Assembly: GCA_050084515.1 (NCBI GenBank)
Contig: CM114271.1
Location: 4,836,001 to 4,900,000 of the forward strand
Reading direction: 5' to 3'
Source: Blasia pusilla
Lineage: Eukaryota
DNA length: 64,000 nucleotides
Part shown: positions 36,680 through 49,715 of the stretch, piece by piece
Layout: every line of letters starts with the position of its first letter
How positions within the stretch are numbered: position 1 is the first letter of the stretch
Position numbers and translations under genes: made by a program
Notes under the pieces: generated by a model
The model's input: only the letters and a program-made list of their open reading frames with translations
Database searches by the model: none
What the model was told of the DNA's origin: nothing

Positions 36680-39600
36680 CTCTCCCCCTCCTCCTCCTCT
36701 TCTTCTTCTTCTTCCTCCTCCTCCTCCTCCTCCACCACTCTATTCTCCAATCCCCGTGCTCCTCCACTCCATCTCCTCCCGTAATCCCCCGCTCCTCCTC
36801 CTCCTCCTCCTCCTCCTCCTCTCGCAGTGCAGTGCGCTTCTTCACATTTCCTCGACAGAAGCGGCTCCTCGTCCTGCTTCATCGCCATACACCGAACCCG
36901 CCAGAGTCCCACACGGAGGGACAGACAGACAGCTCTTCCTGCCTTCTCTCGACCGCTGCTCCGCCTCCTCCGCTCCCTTCCCTCTCCTCTCTTTCTCCCC
37001 TCCCTTCCCTTCCCTTCGCTTCCTTCCCACCGTCCTCTGGCGCTCTTGCTCTTGCTCTTGTGCTGCATTACTTACTCGCTGCTGGCTGGAGCCTCGCGAC
37101 CTTGCTGTCGCGTGGGGGCCGTCGGATGCGGATCGGACGGCGAGGCGGGGCTGCGGCGTTGCGTCCGGAGCGGTCCGATGGCCATCGGACGGAGGGCGCC
37201 TCTCCCTTGGAAGCCACGCACGCGGCCCGGGAATGACACCGTTCTTGCTCCTGCAGTACCCGACAGTTGTCCAACAGACAAACGATCATCTTTCCGCCCG
37301 TCCGGTGTCCCTCCGTTAACGTGGCTGCGCTGCCGTATGACGGGCCCGTAGGGACCGAATCGAGCGTGCCCGTATGGCAGACCCGCTTTACAGCGTAGAT
37401 CTCTCCATCTGACGGTCCCTCGCGTCATCTCGAAGTCCGCCCCTGTAGGTCACTCATTGCCCGTTAACCGCCCCGCCCCGCCCCACCCCACCGACCCACC
37501 CACCCGCGCCCGCACTCATTTCCATCGCCTTTTGGCGGCCCACCCTTCCTCCTCCTCCCCCACCCTTCCAACCGCCATTCCCCCGCTATCTCCCCTCTAT
37601 CTGAGCTCCCTGCTTACTATAGCTACCGGCGCTTCGGCGTCGGGCGGCACCCCCACTGACCCGCCCGCCCGCCCGCCCGTCCGTCCGTCCGTCCACGCTC
37701 GCCTTTCTTGCATGTCTTGGGACTCGCAAAAGCCGGGCCTTCATGCACTGTACTTCAAATACGTGCCTTTTGGAAGTTTCCGTCCGTCCAATAGTTCGGA
37801 AGCGTGTTGTTTCACTTCACTATACTCCTAAACCGGTAGCTGCCTCGAACTTTCACTGCCTCCATTTATGTTGTTTGGAGGATCCCTCGTTCGCGAACGG
37901 GTACTCGCGCTAGCTTTTCGGGCCTTTATTCCTCTCCATTTATGTCGCCCTGAGCGCTTTCCGAGTGCGGACGGACTCTCCAGGGAAACAAACAATTAAC
38001 TTAATAAAAAAACGTTTCCTATTATAGATACAAAAGAGGGGGGGGGGGCCATAGAGAGAAGAAGAAAGAATGGGGCATTTCCTTTGGAGGAGGGGGGAAA
38101 TAGTTGGGGATGACAGAAATTATTTGTGTGTGTATGATGCCATTGCATTTTTGGTGTGGGATGTTTTTTTCCTGCACGGCCTTTCCTCGGCTTACCATGA
38201 ACTAGGCTTTCATGGATTAAGAACGAAAGAGAACTAGTGGGCAGTTCGGGAGTGAAGGGATTCATAATCTTACACACAAAATCTTTTTCCTGTTGTCCGT
38301 GGAGAGGGAAAAAATTTCTTGCTGTCTGGTTGCCACATGTCAAGCAAAGAGGTGTTCACGAATCACGAAAGTACTCTCCAATAATTACATAGATCAAGAC
38401 TCCATGAATTAAGAACGAAAGAGAACTCACTAAGAAGCAGGTGAAAGAAAACCCTTAAGGAATACAAGAAAGGGGATTCAAATAGTCGAATATGTGAAGG
38501 CCATAATGGGCCCCTAAAAAGAAAAAGAGGTACCCCCTAAATTGAGACATGGATTAAGACAGATCGGCCCTTGGTGGTGGAGGCAATTTTATGGCAAAAT
38601 CGCAAATCTTATGGCCCAATCTCTAACTGTTTCGAGAAGATTTGCGATTATTTCCATGTCATTTGTTCAAGACAAAAAAAAAACCTTATTTCAGGAATAA
38701 ATAGATGAACCATTCTATTCACTAAGGCACAAAGTGTTGATGGAATGAGAGTGATTTGCCATAGAGTGGAGCACACTTTTCATGTGTAGGCTAAAGTCGA
38801 TTCACTATGGAGTAGGGTTTTATCAAATGAGATGGTGCATGGGCAAAGCATAGGGATGATTGGTTAGGGTTTAGGATTGAATTCTTGATCTAGGATATTT
38901 TCATTATCATGCCAAGATAGATTTAGCATGAGACGTTCTAGGATGAGTTCATGTAATATTCAGCCCATTTCAAACTAATTCAAGAAATAAATAAGATGGG
39001 TCCAAGCTGGAGATAAAACTCCACCGTACATGATACACATAAAAAAATTCTAATATTTTCAAATAATAAGTAAAAAAAAATCATGTAATATTAACAATAA
39101 CATTTGGACATAAATTTATATGTTTGGTGACTGCAAATTCAACATGACAGTAGACACACTAAATTTTCATTGCGCCCACCGCACTAACATCTTTTCGGAT
39201 GTCTCTCATTTTTCTCGAGAACCCCTAAAAACATATTGAACACCTCCATTTTTTTTTTGTGTATGCCTAAGGGAAGAAAAAAAATATGAATGTATAGCTA
39301 ATGTAAAATACTTTCTTTTCCAAACTTAAACCTGTTGGAAAAAAAGCTAATAAGTTATTCCTCACAACTTTTCTTTTATATTTTTATTGTTCTACTCTTG
39401 ACTTTTCTAATAAATTTATAAATTATTACTACACCGTTACACGGCCTAATGATATTATAAGTTATTTTTTTATTGGACCGTAACATTAGGACGATAATAC
39501 ACACGATAGATTCTTGTTACAAGTGATTGGATAATGACTACGTCTAAACTTTCTTCATAAGACAATTTAGTCTTAAAAAGGGTCAATTAAAAAAACTATA

Positions 39601-41599
39601 TTCTAAAATGACTCGTAATAGTAGAAATAAATGACATAATTTTTTAAAAATACAAGACGAGTAATCATTATAAGAAACTGCATTACAGTAGAGGTTATAT
39701 TTTTCATATTGTCTCATCAAGTTGTAAACACGTAATAAAATTTTTAAATAAGAAGTAGTATTTAAATTACCTAATTTTGGACATATGTGAAATTTAGCAC
39801 TCTTCCAATTTTAATATAAAATATAAAATTTCATATACAAAGAAGAAAGTTAAACTTAATAGGGTATATTCAAATAGACTTTACTCATACATTTATTTAA
39901 TAGTATGAAATAATTTAAATTTAATATATATATAATTATATAATTATATAATCTGTCTCACTTTAAACTAAGCACGTCCTAGATGTGTCTTACCAAATAT
40001 TTGCTCTAAATTCCACGCCTTTCGCCAATAACTTTATCATTTCTCTAATATAATAGTGAATATTTATTACCTTCCGTTTTCTCACATGCGATAGCAGTGG
40101 GCCACTTCCATTTATGATTGCCTCGTCTTTTAAGCTCAGCTATCTTTTATTTATTAAATTTTAAATATTTTTTCTTACCATTTATTTGGAAAGACACCTT
40201 TATCCTTAGCCCACCCTTGATGGACGTACTTCTTAGTTGTGGGGTAAACGTAAGTGCAAGGTATTTTCTTTTCTTTTTATTAAATAGAAAATACCTTGTT
40301 CCAAACTCATGGTGTCTATGTTTCATCCATGGTGAAGGTCCATAATATGACTATGTCAATATGTGCATGAATAAGGATGTAATATTTCCATTGTTTTCAT
40401 AGAGGTAAGTTTAATGATCGGCACTATGTTTGATAGCAAAACTTCAGAAAACCTAGTGTGCTGGCCGATGATTTGGGTGATGTGCATGTTAGAGGTGAAG
40501 AAATCCTAAGTCAGGTTTATGAAATTTGATGCGTTGTAAAAAAGTTTCTTGTGCAAGTTGTATGACAAAATCACAATATAATAAATACATTTAATCCAAA
40601 GAAAGGAAAAAAAAATGGTGTAATGCAAAGAAAAGAGTTTGGATCCATATATGGATCGGTAATCCATCCAAGCTTCCAGACCTAAAACACTTCCAACATT
40701 CTTCATTGAGTGGCACGGCACATATTTGCTCAGTGCAGTTTCCCATTAAAGCTACTTAAATGTAAAAATTTACGTCAAGTGAAAATGCTCATATGTTGCT
40801 TTATGTGGAATTGGAGGATTTGTGCATAATGGAAAGGGCGACGTATACGAATAACCTATCTCTAATGAAACTCTAATTAATTTTGAATCCGACTTGTGGT
40901 ATCACATTATGAGCAGACTATAAAAAGCACATGTAACACATCTTCATTACTTTAGTATTACTAAAGTAATAAATACAAAGGAAATATTGAAGTTTAATAT
41001 GGACCATAATGATAAAATAAAGCAAACCAAAATGAGGGGACAAAATTTTTAATTCCAAGATTTGTGGTGAACATAAAAGGTAAATGTATACAAATAGGCA
41101 ATCCATTATAAAGCTTGCTTTGCGGGATCATGCAACAGCGAAAAATACTATGTATAAGATAGAAAAAAGCATCCCTAGAATAGACCTTATAATATTTAAT
41201 AATGCACGAAGTTGAAAGTAAAAACAATGTGCATGCGTGACTTTCTGCTAGAGAAAAAATGGAAATACAAATATGTAAGAGGGCACTAATCATCTTGAAA
41301 AGAATAATAACAAATTATATAAGCAAATATTCATCACAAATTTATGACATTCGTAGCACAATCCCAAACAACAATGCAAGGTATCCATGTATGAGATCAA
41401 GGATGAATATGAGTTTGATCATATACTTATAAAGTGTACACTCTAGGCTAGATGAAGGCTCTTTTGACAATCATAATAATAACCAAAATGTGACTAAAAA
41501 CTTTCCATATTATAATTGAAGCCAAGATGTGGGTTTGACTATTATTCTTTTATTATTGTAAATGGCTAAGTTCATGTCCCTCACATTAGCAAGGCCTTG

Positions 41600-44000
41600 G
41601 AAGGCAAGTCTTGATCACATGTCAAAGTAAGAGAGGCCTTCGTGTGGCTCACAAAAGCCAAAATCTAGAGTAGCTAGTTGTAAGACTAGACTGGGTTGCC
41701 AAACTTGTTGTGGGACTAATGCCAGTGAAGATGGGCATGTGACTTCCAACTAACCTTAGGAGAAAGGGGCCCTAGTCGCTTGCACGATAGTGGATTAGGG
41801 TAGAAAAGTAAAAGATCCTTGACCCACGTTTCGAGTCAATAGCAAGAAGCAAGGAAGTCGAGATAGATAGACAAGACGCCATGAGAGAAATTGCAAAACA
41901 TGAGGGTCAGAAAATCAACCATTCGACGCCAAATGGCGTTGATATGAGCGTCAGCCATGAGATGCAAAAATATGCATGGAGATTCTAAAGACAAGACACA
42001 TGATTAGTTGGATCTTTGAGACTCAACCCAAGTCTTTGGATCGCAAGACTCAAGGGTGGGATCTCTTCAAGAGATAGCAAGGAGGAGTAGGGGTCAAACT
42101 CTATAATAAACATGCACATGCTTATGGAGATCGAAGAAGTGATTCATGGATATAGGTGAAAGTCCCACTCCCTACATGATCTCTTATTCCATCCTTGATG
42201 CAAATATGTCATGACCCTCATAACCAAACTTGCACCAAAGCATAACATTAGAATTCTAGTAGGCTCACACAAGGATGGAAGTGCGTTAGAGTCTCACAAA
42301 TGAGGCATGAATTGCAAAAGGGTGACGCCAACCTTGAGGGGCCTCTCAAACGATGAAGATCATGACCTACCACAACAAGACTAGATATCAAGCAGCACTT
42401 GAGAACAACTCAAGCCCCACAAGAAGTGGCCTAAGAGGATTTTTCAGAAGGTAAGGAGGGGTGGAGATCTCTAGAGTTATATATAAGGGGAAGGGTCTCG
42501 GAAGATTTTTCAGAACCGGAACCTTACCTTGGACAACCATGGAGGTGAACCAAGGGTACGGAATGGATCGAGAGATTAGCTTCGTAGTTGGACACAAAGC
42601 CAAATCCATGTGGGACAGTTATGAACACCATCCTTGGACCTTGACCCGTGATTGAGATATCTTTTCTACGGCATGTTTATTATTTTGGTTAGGCATAAGA
42701 AAAATCCAATAGCACTTGCGACGTGTTTTTAAAAGGAATTAAGAACCATTTGAGAGTTCAGATGGCGCCTTAAATCAAAGGTAGACGCGGAGGTATTGAG
42801 TCTTGGTTAGAGACTCCTTCAAGGTCCATTAGTAGTTGGGATTGTCAGACATACAAGCGCCATTTAAGATTCCTAGACTATCAAGAAAGTCTTTCCCAAG
42901 TCTTTAAGGACTGGCCTATTTTGGAGAGTGAGGGGTTGGGTTTATATTTGACCCGCTCAAGAGACACAAGGCTAGTTAACCCTAAGTGTGGCTAATATGA
43001 GTGTGTTTGGGTGCAGATTAGTAAGGAGAGCGTGATGTATTGAACGCAAGCTTCTACGACAGAAAGGATCGACGCTCAAGGGGAGTAGGCACGTGACAAA
43101 AGAAGTATTACCTTATGGAAATTTTCTGCCAATTTGTGAAAAAATTGCAAGGGAACTTTTTTAGAATAATAAGTTAGCAAGTAAAAGATTAGAAGAGGCT
43201 TTGAAGAATTATTTTATTAGTAGAGAATATTTGAGGAAGCCATGGAATGGAAACTCTTACAAAGAGGAATCTATAAAACTCTAAAGAAGAGGAATCACTT
43301 TCCTCCAACCCATTTGGATTGATAATGGATGAATATATCATGACCCTCATAACCAAACACATTCCAATACTAAACACTAGATTACTAGAGGGCTCCTACT
43401 AAGATGGAAATATGTAAAAATTTCACAAAAGGGTGTCTCTTGCTAATGTGATATATATGTAAACTTTTGCTTTTATTTCTTCAAAATTATCCCTTGGTTG
43501 GAGGCAATAGATGTCTATAACTTCATACATATAAGGGGGAGGATCTCTAAGATATTTTGGAGTTCAAATCACACTATAAAAACCTTGGGGTTTGAACCTA
43601 GATTGTGGGGTTGGTGTTGGAATTTAGACAACAAGCCAACTTGAAGTTGGATTAGTCTAATTTTGGACCGTATAGTGTTTCGATTAATTACAGACTTATT
43701 TTAGGTTCATTGGGATACTATGACCATTATGCATGCTAGAGATATTCAGGTCTCTATAATATAAAGGATCTCCTTTCACAATCTTTATTTTTTTGGGAAG
43801 TGAGGGCTTAAGTTGGTATTTGACCTCATTTAGGAATGATGAGGTTGAGGGGTAATCCGAGTCCTAGACTCCAGAGACATAAGGCAAGTCAACCCAAAAT
43901 GTGACTAATACAAATATGTAGGTGCAAATCAGTAGCGACTTCATTAGCATTTTATAACTTGTATCACAATATTGACGTTCAAGATTGTAAGTACGCAATG
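41600..44000. mobile_element. Decayed LTR-like fragments (two related segments)
   Basis: Shared motifs atgaccctcataaccaaac (42211 and 43341) and atataagggg (~42482 and ~43528); no intact ORFs. Confidence 0.45.
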
Positions 44001-46199
44001 ACATTGGCTTGTAAGTTAGTGGTGAGATTTTTGGTATTTGGGTCCTAATTAAGGGTAGTGCGAGTGGTTGCATATTTATATTAGCTATTCAAGAAGGCAT
44101 CAAGATTACTATGGGGAAAAATTAGAGTTACCACCAAGGTACAACATAGACTATATCATCCTCAAGGCCCTCAACACTACAAAAGGATCAGAACCTTGAG
44201 ACACTCTATTGTGACTGTAAGAAGGGAGGTGAGATTACATTGAGGCTTAGAGATGTCCTTTGGAATACTCATTATAGGAGGTCATTTGTGATATGCTACC
44301 TTAGAAATAACATGTGAGTACATGTAATCATTCTCTTTTGTATTAGATGCCACATTATTGAGTCGCACGCATTTAGTGGTTCCACTTGAGCTAATGAGGC
44401 AGAAAAATGAAAGCATATATTACACGGATCAATCTCTTATAAGAGACCTTTTCTTATTGATCATGCATCTCCTCTATTATTGGGGGATTATATGTAGAGA
44501 AATTTGAGGAGAGTAGATATAGTACTTAAGATGGATAGTGACATGCGCATAAGGATGGTAATTTTTATGTAGAGACTATCATGGAATACCTTGTATCTAT
44601 CCTAAAGTTAGATCATTTGGAGCCTATATTTACATATCAAACCCCGAGAATGAGATTCGTGATGCTTTGCAACTATGTGGCTTAGAGTCTATTGAGTAAA
44701 GAGTGGGACAAGATTGATAAAAAGATGACAAATTCATGTGTATTTGTTGTGTTTTTTTATGCATATCTCTTTGTTAAAGCATGTTGTATATATGTTTTGC
44801 AAAAATTTGAGAAAATGTTTCCCTTTGCAAATTAGGAGCTTCTTTTATTAAGATTTATAGATTTTAGTATAATTCATATATATCCAAAGAAGAAAAATAA
44901 TTCTACTTAAAATATCTAGCGCTATGCAAATTATATCTAAAGATCCAACTAAATTCTCTTGGGTGTGTCTAATCGTTCATGAAGAGATACTCAAGGATTC
45001 ACAAATTTTCCATTCATTGTGCCTAATTTCTTCCTTTCTCTCAACTTCACATTATTGAAGATCGGCCTCATATAAAAAATGTAATTGATGTCACGTCAAT
45101 AGTCCTACTTTAGAGAGTATGTGTGGCATGCCCAAAGAGATGGCGATGAACATCCTTAACTGATTGGGAATTGTGGAATCTCCGTATGAAGGTTAGTTTT
45201 AGTCTACGGCCCATTTTGCACTGCACTATTTAGAGGAAATCCTATTCTTGGTAATTTTCATCTTTTGGGAATGATTAATTTTAAGTTATTATGAAGAAAG
45301 ATTCACCTTGATCCCTAGTGAGTATTATGGTTAGAAAGATAACTGATTTGCACATGTTATCAAGGAGAGATCTCAAGAGAGAGCGAGATAGGAACAAGGT
45401 ATATATGGTGGATAGAGAGTTTGAAGTGCTCATTCTCTCTTTGTTGATCCTATTTACATGAGGAGGCTCAACATCTATAAGAAAAAGTTTGAGAGATTGA
45501 ATGAATTCCAGTTTGGAGTAAGTTATCCAATCTTAGATAAGTGGAGATTCATTGATAAGTGTTAAAGAATGTGTATATAGATTCTCAATGACCATTAAGC
45601 TATATGTAGAAAAAGAAGGGAAATCATATGTTTCTAGGTCACTAATGGGTATACACCGAGCACGAGGGACATCCAAATTCCCATTGCTCAACCTATACCA
45701 TAAAAAATCAATTTTAAAGGACTCTAGTTTATACATTATCAAGTGTATCATTTTGCAAAGATGTTCATGAATCAAGTCATGCATTGACCAACTCATGTGA
45801 TACTTTTATCAGCTTCTTACCTTGCCCTCAGTCCCTTGAGTGGGTACACCCTTATTCTCTTAAGGTTAGTCTTAAGGCGCATGTCCATCTCAAGTAGAAT
45901 TAGCCCTACGGTAGGTTCTACCACCCTTTTTGGTCTTATGAGTAGCTGATCTCAATGCTAGGTTTTGACTTTGGTGGATCCTACTAAGATCTCTCTTCCT
46001 TTTTCCTACAATCATAACTTGTACTTAGGTCACAACTAGCTCGAGTGCTTGAATTTAACTATTTGTGATGCCAACACATTTCCATCCTAGTATGAGCCTA
46101 CTCGAGTTCTGATGTTCCACGTTGGCACACATCTAGTTATGAGGATGGGATAATACTAATCTATGATGGATATTTGATATGATGCCATATATCGTGTTG

Positions 46200-46860
46200 A
46201 CTCCATCTATCACATCTTTTAGGATAGATCGGTGAGATCTAGTAGAGTGCCTTCGTGAGTAGTGGAGGATAGGTTCAAGAGGTCGAGAATGACCTGTTGA
46301 GGCCCCATGAAACTTGAGAGAGTAGATTTTCCCTTCGTTTCGGCTCATTTGAAGCCATATTGAGAAACTTACTATTTAAGGTAAGTACCATTTTGAGTAT
46401 ATGGTCAACTTTCTATTTTTGGTAAGTGGCCCTTGACCTCCTACATTAGTTCAAGAGCCAAGGAGGTGACTTGGGAGCAAAGGTTACCATGGAGAGAGCT
46501 TGGGAGAGGGGAGAGGTATATCTCAAGGAGAGAGAACTTGAGAGCTCATTCTCTCTTTGTTGAGCCTCTTGGCAAGAGGCCGCTTAGTTATGGTGCCTTG
46601 TCTTGTGAGTGTAACCCAAGCCTCTCATTAGGAGAGTGGGTTTGGTTTGACATTGAGAGAGACATGTGAGAATGCACACATGTGAGAACTATGGTGTTGT
46701 AAGAAAGATTAGATCTTAGTTTATTTGAGCTATTTTGGTATTTCTTGTCTTTTATTTGGATGCCATGAGTTAGCATTGGATCGTGTGTGTGTGTGTGTGT
46801 GTGTGTGTGTTCGGTCATAGCAATGTATGTTGTGTAGTGATGTGTATGCGCACGACAAAT
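46200..46860. repeat. Dispersed repeat family A, copy 2 (includes a (GT)n tract at ~46783-46810)
   Basis: Colinear with 3700-4350. Confidence 0.8.
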
Positions 46861-49715
46861 CTCTCACTAGTGTTCTTAAGATAATACGGATGTGTACTAG
46901 ATGTATATAAGATAGTTAGTCTTAGATATGGGCTAGTTGGAGTGACATGGATATCAAGAAGACCACAAAAAATATGGCTCACTAGCCATCTGGCATTTTT
47001 CCTCCGTAAATCATAAAGATATATCACCATAGGAAGGAATAGATAGTTATCTTGAGTTAGAGAGACCTAACCTTCCCTCTAACTCTTAAAGCTCTAAAAT
47101 CGCTCCTTGGTGATTTGAGACCTTTAACTCATTGGTCGTGTGTGTTTGGTTTTTATCATAAAGTCTAATTTTTACGTCTTTGAGCTTGTTAGATGGTGAC
47201 CTTTATATATATATATAGATAGATACGTATGTGTGTGACATTTGTTGGGTCATTCATATAGGGGCATAGAGTATCTATTTGGAAAGAAGAATTCATGCAC
47301 GTATCGCGATAGGATAAGGAGGACTTGTTGAGGAGGTGGAAAACTTGAATGTGGAGATTTTCCCCAATTTAGGATTTATTTGGGATTATTTGGATGAACT
47401 TACTATTGCCCTATTTCTAGCATAGTTAACTTCCCAATACAAAAGATATCCCTTGTGTCTAGATCCTCGATAAAGAGTGAAGGTTAGAAAGGTGCTAAAG
47501 TTATCAAGGAGAGGAAGAGGTTATATGTAAAGGAGAGAGAGCTTTGGGATTCTTTCTTTATTTGTTGAGTCTTCTTCCATTTAGATTGGATATAACTTAA
47601 CCTCCTCAACAAGAAGAGAATAAATAGAATGAATATAACTTAAATTATATTCACTCTTGCCAAGCCTCTCATTACAAGAGTGGATTTGATTTAGGATACC
47701 ACCGAATAACAATGCAACCAAACCAACCCTCATCGTAAAGAAATCCAAATCTAATGCATATTAGAAACAACGTTTCCTAGCCTATAATTGGAAGACTAAA
47801 TTGTACATAGATGGGCCCTTTTAAGACTCCATGTGGAACATACTATTCCTCATGGCCCAAGGTTTAGAAAGATTATCATTTCCCCATGCCACCTCCTCTT
47901 GCTCTATAGATCCTTAACAAATCAAAATTTCCAAGATATTTTCAATGTGGTTCCATAAAAACTCCCAAAAAAGTGATATGTTTACACATATCACCAAAGT
48001 GGGCCAACATATCACCAAAGTGGGCCAACATTTCACTCCTCTAATTTATTTCTAGTTGACAATAACATGTGAAACATTGTCTACATGCCCAATCTCCTCT
48101 TGTCAAACATAGAAGTATTTGATAATCATGAATGCGCTCCCATGATAATATAAATAAGATACCCCTCTTTCAATGTTACAATTAAAAAAAACACTTTAAA
48201 TTTTTTTATAAAAAAATTAATTAAATTATATGAAAATTGAGCTGAGGGAATACTAGAAACAAATAACTAAAATTTAACGAACTACGGAGATAAGATTGAG
48301 GAGCATAAACTGATCAATCTCCTTAGATAATCTCCACGACCGCCCATCTATTCAATAATGGCACGAACACAAAAGTGACAATTTTTCTTAAGAACTAAAC
48401 TAAAATACGCTAATGTATACGAGGGACACTCGTGAGACCACCAGAAGAGGACGCATTCCTGAGCTTCACGATTGGTCAGCCGTACGATCGGTCCGTGCGT
48501 AGACGCCCGGACGGAGCCGACACTGAGCTGTCCTCCATTTTCCGCTGCGGTATCACTACGTCGGTCCACGTTTTCGTATCGCATGCCAGCCTCCTGCAGT
48601 ACGGCACTGGTATCTGCGCCTCATTGTCCGTTGACTGCGCCATGGAAGAAGGTGGCTTGACCGGCACGTTGCGGGTTCCATGAGGACGTCCAAGAGAGAA
48701 CGGATGTGGGACGGAGAGAGGGAAGGAGGAACAGCAATCTTTATCGCGCAGGACATGGCGGTGGCGGATCTACAAGGGCCTGCCGTCGCCGGGAAATTGG
48801 AATCTGAGGACGTGAGATCAACCGGAGTACTGCCGCACACATTCTGGGTGGGTTGACTGTTCCCGTGCGGTGCTGGGGGAACTTCTCACGAATGTAAGCT
48901 TTTACGGTACCGGGAGAATGGGCAAGACTGGGAAGTCGAGAATCAATGAGTAGTCATGATAATTGACCGTATCGGAGAAACATGAACTTTTGTAGGAACT
49001 TCGACGGAACTATATCGAGCCGAGAGTGAACTGATAGATGATCGGTCAGCCAGTGATTCGGTAACCACAGCTCTCGAAAGTATTCCAATGGCGTTGAATC
49101 AGGTTAGGTGAGGACCTTGCCTATTGTGCCAACATCACAAGCTGCGCAAGGCATTGTGTATTTGTGTAGGTCCATATCACCCAACATGGTAGAGCGGCAC
49201 CTGTGAAATCATAGTTCCATGGCTCATAAGATCATGCAAGGTTCACTTCGACGCAAGATTTCTGCATATGGTACGCCATCATTTGGAACGGAACGTCCTT
49301 GTCATAGAAACCTCATTTGAAGTGTATCCTGATTCACATTGTGATTGTGCTATCTTGGGGGTGTTCTCAATTCTGTCCTTCCCAGATGTGCCCCAAGCAA
49401 AATCTTCGCCAATCTAGATCTACAGACGAACAGTTATACAGCATACTCAAGAATATTAGGACACTGAGCTGACGTTCCATAATGTTACACCTCTGAAGGT
49501 AGAATTCTAAGTGCGTTGAGCAATTCAAGCTATTCAAAGTGGATCTCATTGTACACTCACATCATACAAATGCATCCAATAATGCCTATTTCTTGAGTTT
49601 GGGCTCTCCATCAATGACATACTGATAATCTAATTAATAATTGACCTAGAATTTTAGTACAAGCTTGCTCTTTTGCAAGCTGTGTGACTATTGCCCTCTT
49701 TTACAAGTTACGGGA

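Noticed and set aside
35871-37319. 482-aa plus-strand ORF
   Set aside because: Antisense shadow of the trihelix exon plus a CT-rich leader; no recognisable domain.
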